Assembly (NCBI GenBank): GCA_964425445.1
Contig: CAYRLY010000001.1
Span: forward strand, 71,537 to 131,455
DNA from: an uncultured Candidatus Saccharibacteria bacterium
Lineage (GTDB): Bacteria; Patescibacteriota; UBA1384; XYA2-FULL-43-10; CAINNR01
Direction of reading: 5' to 3'
Length of the DNA: 59,919 nt
Position 1 is the first letter of the stretch, and every line of letters starts with the position of its first letter. A program made the position numbers and the translations under genes. Below are positions 56,758 through 59,919 of the stretch, piece by piece. The notes below the pieces were generated by a model that saw only the letters and a list, made by a program, of their open reading frames with translations, was not told the DNA's origin and made no database searches.

Positions 56758-57396
56758 ATGAAAAAACGAGGGGAGCTGGGCAAAATAAAAATGTCTTTTA
56801 CCTTAATCGAGATACTGATTGTGGTCTCTATCATTTCTATTGTTTCGGCAATAATTTTTGTCAATGTTCGCTCCAGCCAGTCAAGGGCCAGGGATACTAG
56901 GCGCGTGGCCGATCTTGAAGCTCTAAATAATGCGATACAGATGTATTACCGCGAAAACGGTCATTTCCCCAGTTTGCCAGAAAATTGCGGGGTTTATTCA
57001 GAAGATTACAGCTGGTATTCAGCGGTTAGCTCTAAAGATGCGCCGAGATGGGTTAGCGCTGCTGCAAGGGCAGATTGCGTAGATGAAAATTTTATTCTCG
57101 GTCTTTCACCAGATTTTTTGGCTTCATTGCCGAGTGATCCAGGGCCAGAATTTAAGCTATCGGGTCTCGATGCTCGCGGAATAGTATACATTCACACTTT
57201 GTCTCCTGCCCCTGACAGGAGAGAGTGCTATAAACTTTTGTTGTACTATCCAGAGAATCGCAATAATCAAAGATATCGAAGCTTGTGGGACCAGGTACGA
57301 GATGGTGGAACTGACAGCAACGCTCTTGATTATTCGGAAAATAATCCAGATATTAAAGCTTGGTCGCTATATTCTCCCGGTTGCGCAACTTATTAG
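56758..57396 (+). CDS. Type IV pilin-like protein with an atypical leader junction
   Basis: ...KIKM-SFTLIEILIVVSIISIVSAIIF has the conserved hydrophobic N-terminal helix with Glu5, followed by SRARDTRRVADLEALNNAIQMYY. There is no Gly at -1. Confidence 0.7.
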   Translation: MKKRGELGKIKMSFTLIEILIVVSIISIVSAIIFVNVRSSQSRARDTRRVADLEALNNAIQMYYRENGHFPSLPENCGVYSEDYSWYSAVSSKDAPRWVSAAARADCVDENFILGLSPDFLASLPSDPGPEFKLSGLDARGIVYIHTLSPAPDRRECYKLLLYYPENRNNQRYRSLWDQVRDGGTDSNALDYSENNPDIKAWSLYSPGCATY

Positions 57397-57452
57397 TTTT
57401 GACTAAAGATCAATAATAGAGTATATACTATTATAGTTTTAAAATTTTATTG

Positions 57453-58529
57453 ATGGCGAAAGATCCACGAACAACAAAATTAGCGAAGTTAGTCGTCAAC
57501 TATTTTCTCAAGGTAAGGGATGACTCCAGCGTGATTATATCTGCTTCAACCGAAGCGGCTGATTTTGTTACTGCGCTTTATAAAGCTGTTTTAGAAGCCG
57601 GTGCTCACCCGACGCTCCGCTTGACGCTTCCCGGTCTTGGTCCAATATTTTACAAATATGCCAAAGAACACCACATAAAAAAATTCCCGGACATTTTTCA
57701 GTACACAGTAAAACGTGCTGACTATTTTATTGGTGTTGATACAGAAAATAACACCAGGGAGATGACTAATGTTGATCCGAAAAAAATGACTGATAGACAG
57801 ATCGTCACCAGGCCGATCACTGATTATATTGTTAATGAAAGAAATAAAATTCGTCGCTCAACTGTCGGGTACCCATGTGTCGCGTTGGCTCAGGAGGCAG
57901 AGATGTCGCTTGATGAATACGAAGATTTTGTTTTTGCCGCTTGTCTGCAAAACTGGAATAAGCTCGGCAAAGAAATAAAAAAGATATTAAAAAAATTTCA
58001 GAAAGGCAAAGAGGTTCATCTTTTGGGTCGCGGAGTTGATCTAAAATTCGGGATACATGGTGATAAAGCTAAAGACGATTTGGACGGTGACAACATCCCT
58101 TGCGGAGAGATTTTTATGGCTCCTGTTCGCGAAAGTTTGGAAGGTTGGATCAAGTTTGATTATCCGGCGATTGAATCAGGCAAAGAGGTAACGGATATTC
58201 GTCTGGAATTTAAAAAGGGCAAGGTGGTTAAATTTAGTGCCTCAAAAAATAAGAATTTTCTCAAACAGATGCTTTCAACAGATAAAAATGCCTCATATGT
58301 CGGTGAGTTTGGTATCGGGATGAATCCAAAAATTAAGAAATTCACCAAAAATTTACTTTTTGACGAAAAAATTGGTGGGACAATTCATTTGGCGCTTGGT
58401 ATGGCTTACAAGGAAAATGGTGGTGGTAATCGCTCGGCAATTCATTGGGATATTGTTAAGGATATGCGTCGAGCAAAGATTATTCTCGATGGCAAAATTG
58501 TGCAGGAAGAAGGTAAGTGGTTGCCTTAG
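57453..58529 (+). CDS. M29-family aminopeptidase (AmpS/PepS-like)
   Basis: About 358 aa. The pattern ...GEIFMAP..., GTIHLALG... and AIHWDIV is typical of the aminopeptidase T/S family. Confidence 0.82.
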   Translation: MAKDPRTTKLAKLVVNYFLKVRDDSSVIISASTEAADFVTALYKAVLEAGAHPTLRLTLPGLGPIFYKYAKEHHIKKFPDIFQYTVKRADYFIGVDTENNTREMTNVDPKKMTDRQIVTRPITDYIVNERNKIRRSTVGYPCVALAQEAEMSLDEYEDFVFAACLQNWNKLGKEIKKILKKFQKGKEVHLLGRGVDLKFGIHGDKAKDDLDGDNIPCGEIFMAPVRESLEGWIKFDYPAIESGKEVTDIRLEFKKGKVVKFSASKNKNFLKQMLSTDKNASYVGEFGIGMNPKIKKFTKNLLFDEKIGGTIHLALGMAYKENGGGNRSAIHWDIVKDMRRAKIILDGKIVQEEGKWLP

Positions 58530-58540
58530 AACGTTATCTG

Positions 58541-58569
58541 TTGACAGAAATATTATTTTCGTCTATATT
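58541..58569 (+). promoter_or_regulatory. rRNA operon promoter
   Basis: TTGACA-N17-TATATT, about 210 nt upstream of the 16S 5' end. Confidence 0.5.
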
Positions 58570-58777
58570 TTATATACATAAGTCGTAACAATTTAGATAT
58601 CAACAAAACAAATTGTTTCAAACGCTGAAACAATCTTGTGTTGTCTTTAAGTTGTCATGTGTACTTTAACAGCTAAATAGTGGTAATTTTCGTCGTCAAT
58701 TCTTCTCGAAGTTTGTTTTTAACAAACTATCGAGAAAAAACTTTTGAATTTTTTGGAGCTAATTCAAGCTCACATTT

Positions 58778-59919
<1,142 letters not shown>

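Overview
The window is an AT-rich, gene-dense bacterial fragment, almost all on the + strand and dominated by compact housekeeping genes. These cover aminoacyl-tRNA synthetases, secA, ftsEX, ligA, gatCAB, glnA, prfA/prmC, rpsB-tsf-frr, tig and clpP. A glycolysis block has a NuoF-like flavoprotein and an [FeFe]-hydrogenase embedded in it, and a partial 16S rRNA gene sits at the 3' edge. Short proteins, missing neighbours (no pyrH, no clpX), pilin-like proteins and a fermentative/hydrogenase metabolism suggest a Candidate Phyla Radiation (Patescibacteria)-like organism; this is inference only. The standout accessory element is a complete diversity-generating retroelement (DGR) at about 37.0-40.8 kb. 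It comprises a 641-aa target gene whose last ~136 nt (VR) match a downstream template repeat (TR) except almost only at TR adenines, an Avd-like four-helix-bundle gene, and a DGR-type reverse transcriptase. The avd gene is antisense to TR and RT. A second pattern is five short GC-rich islands in the AT-rich background. Four encode SD-led orphan mini-proteins and one looks like a structured ~160-nt RNA with its own promoter and a 12-bp terminal hairpin. Other items are a K+ channel gene interrupted by one in-frame TGA, an M23 peptidase whose catalytic halves are in permuted order, an RHH-nucleotidyltransferase fusion, and pilin-like domains in unusual contexts. All calls come from reading the sequence and translations by eye; no database search was run.
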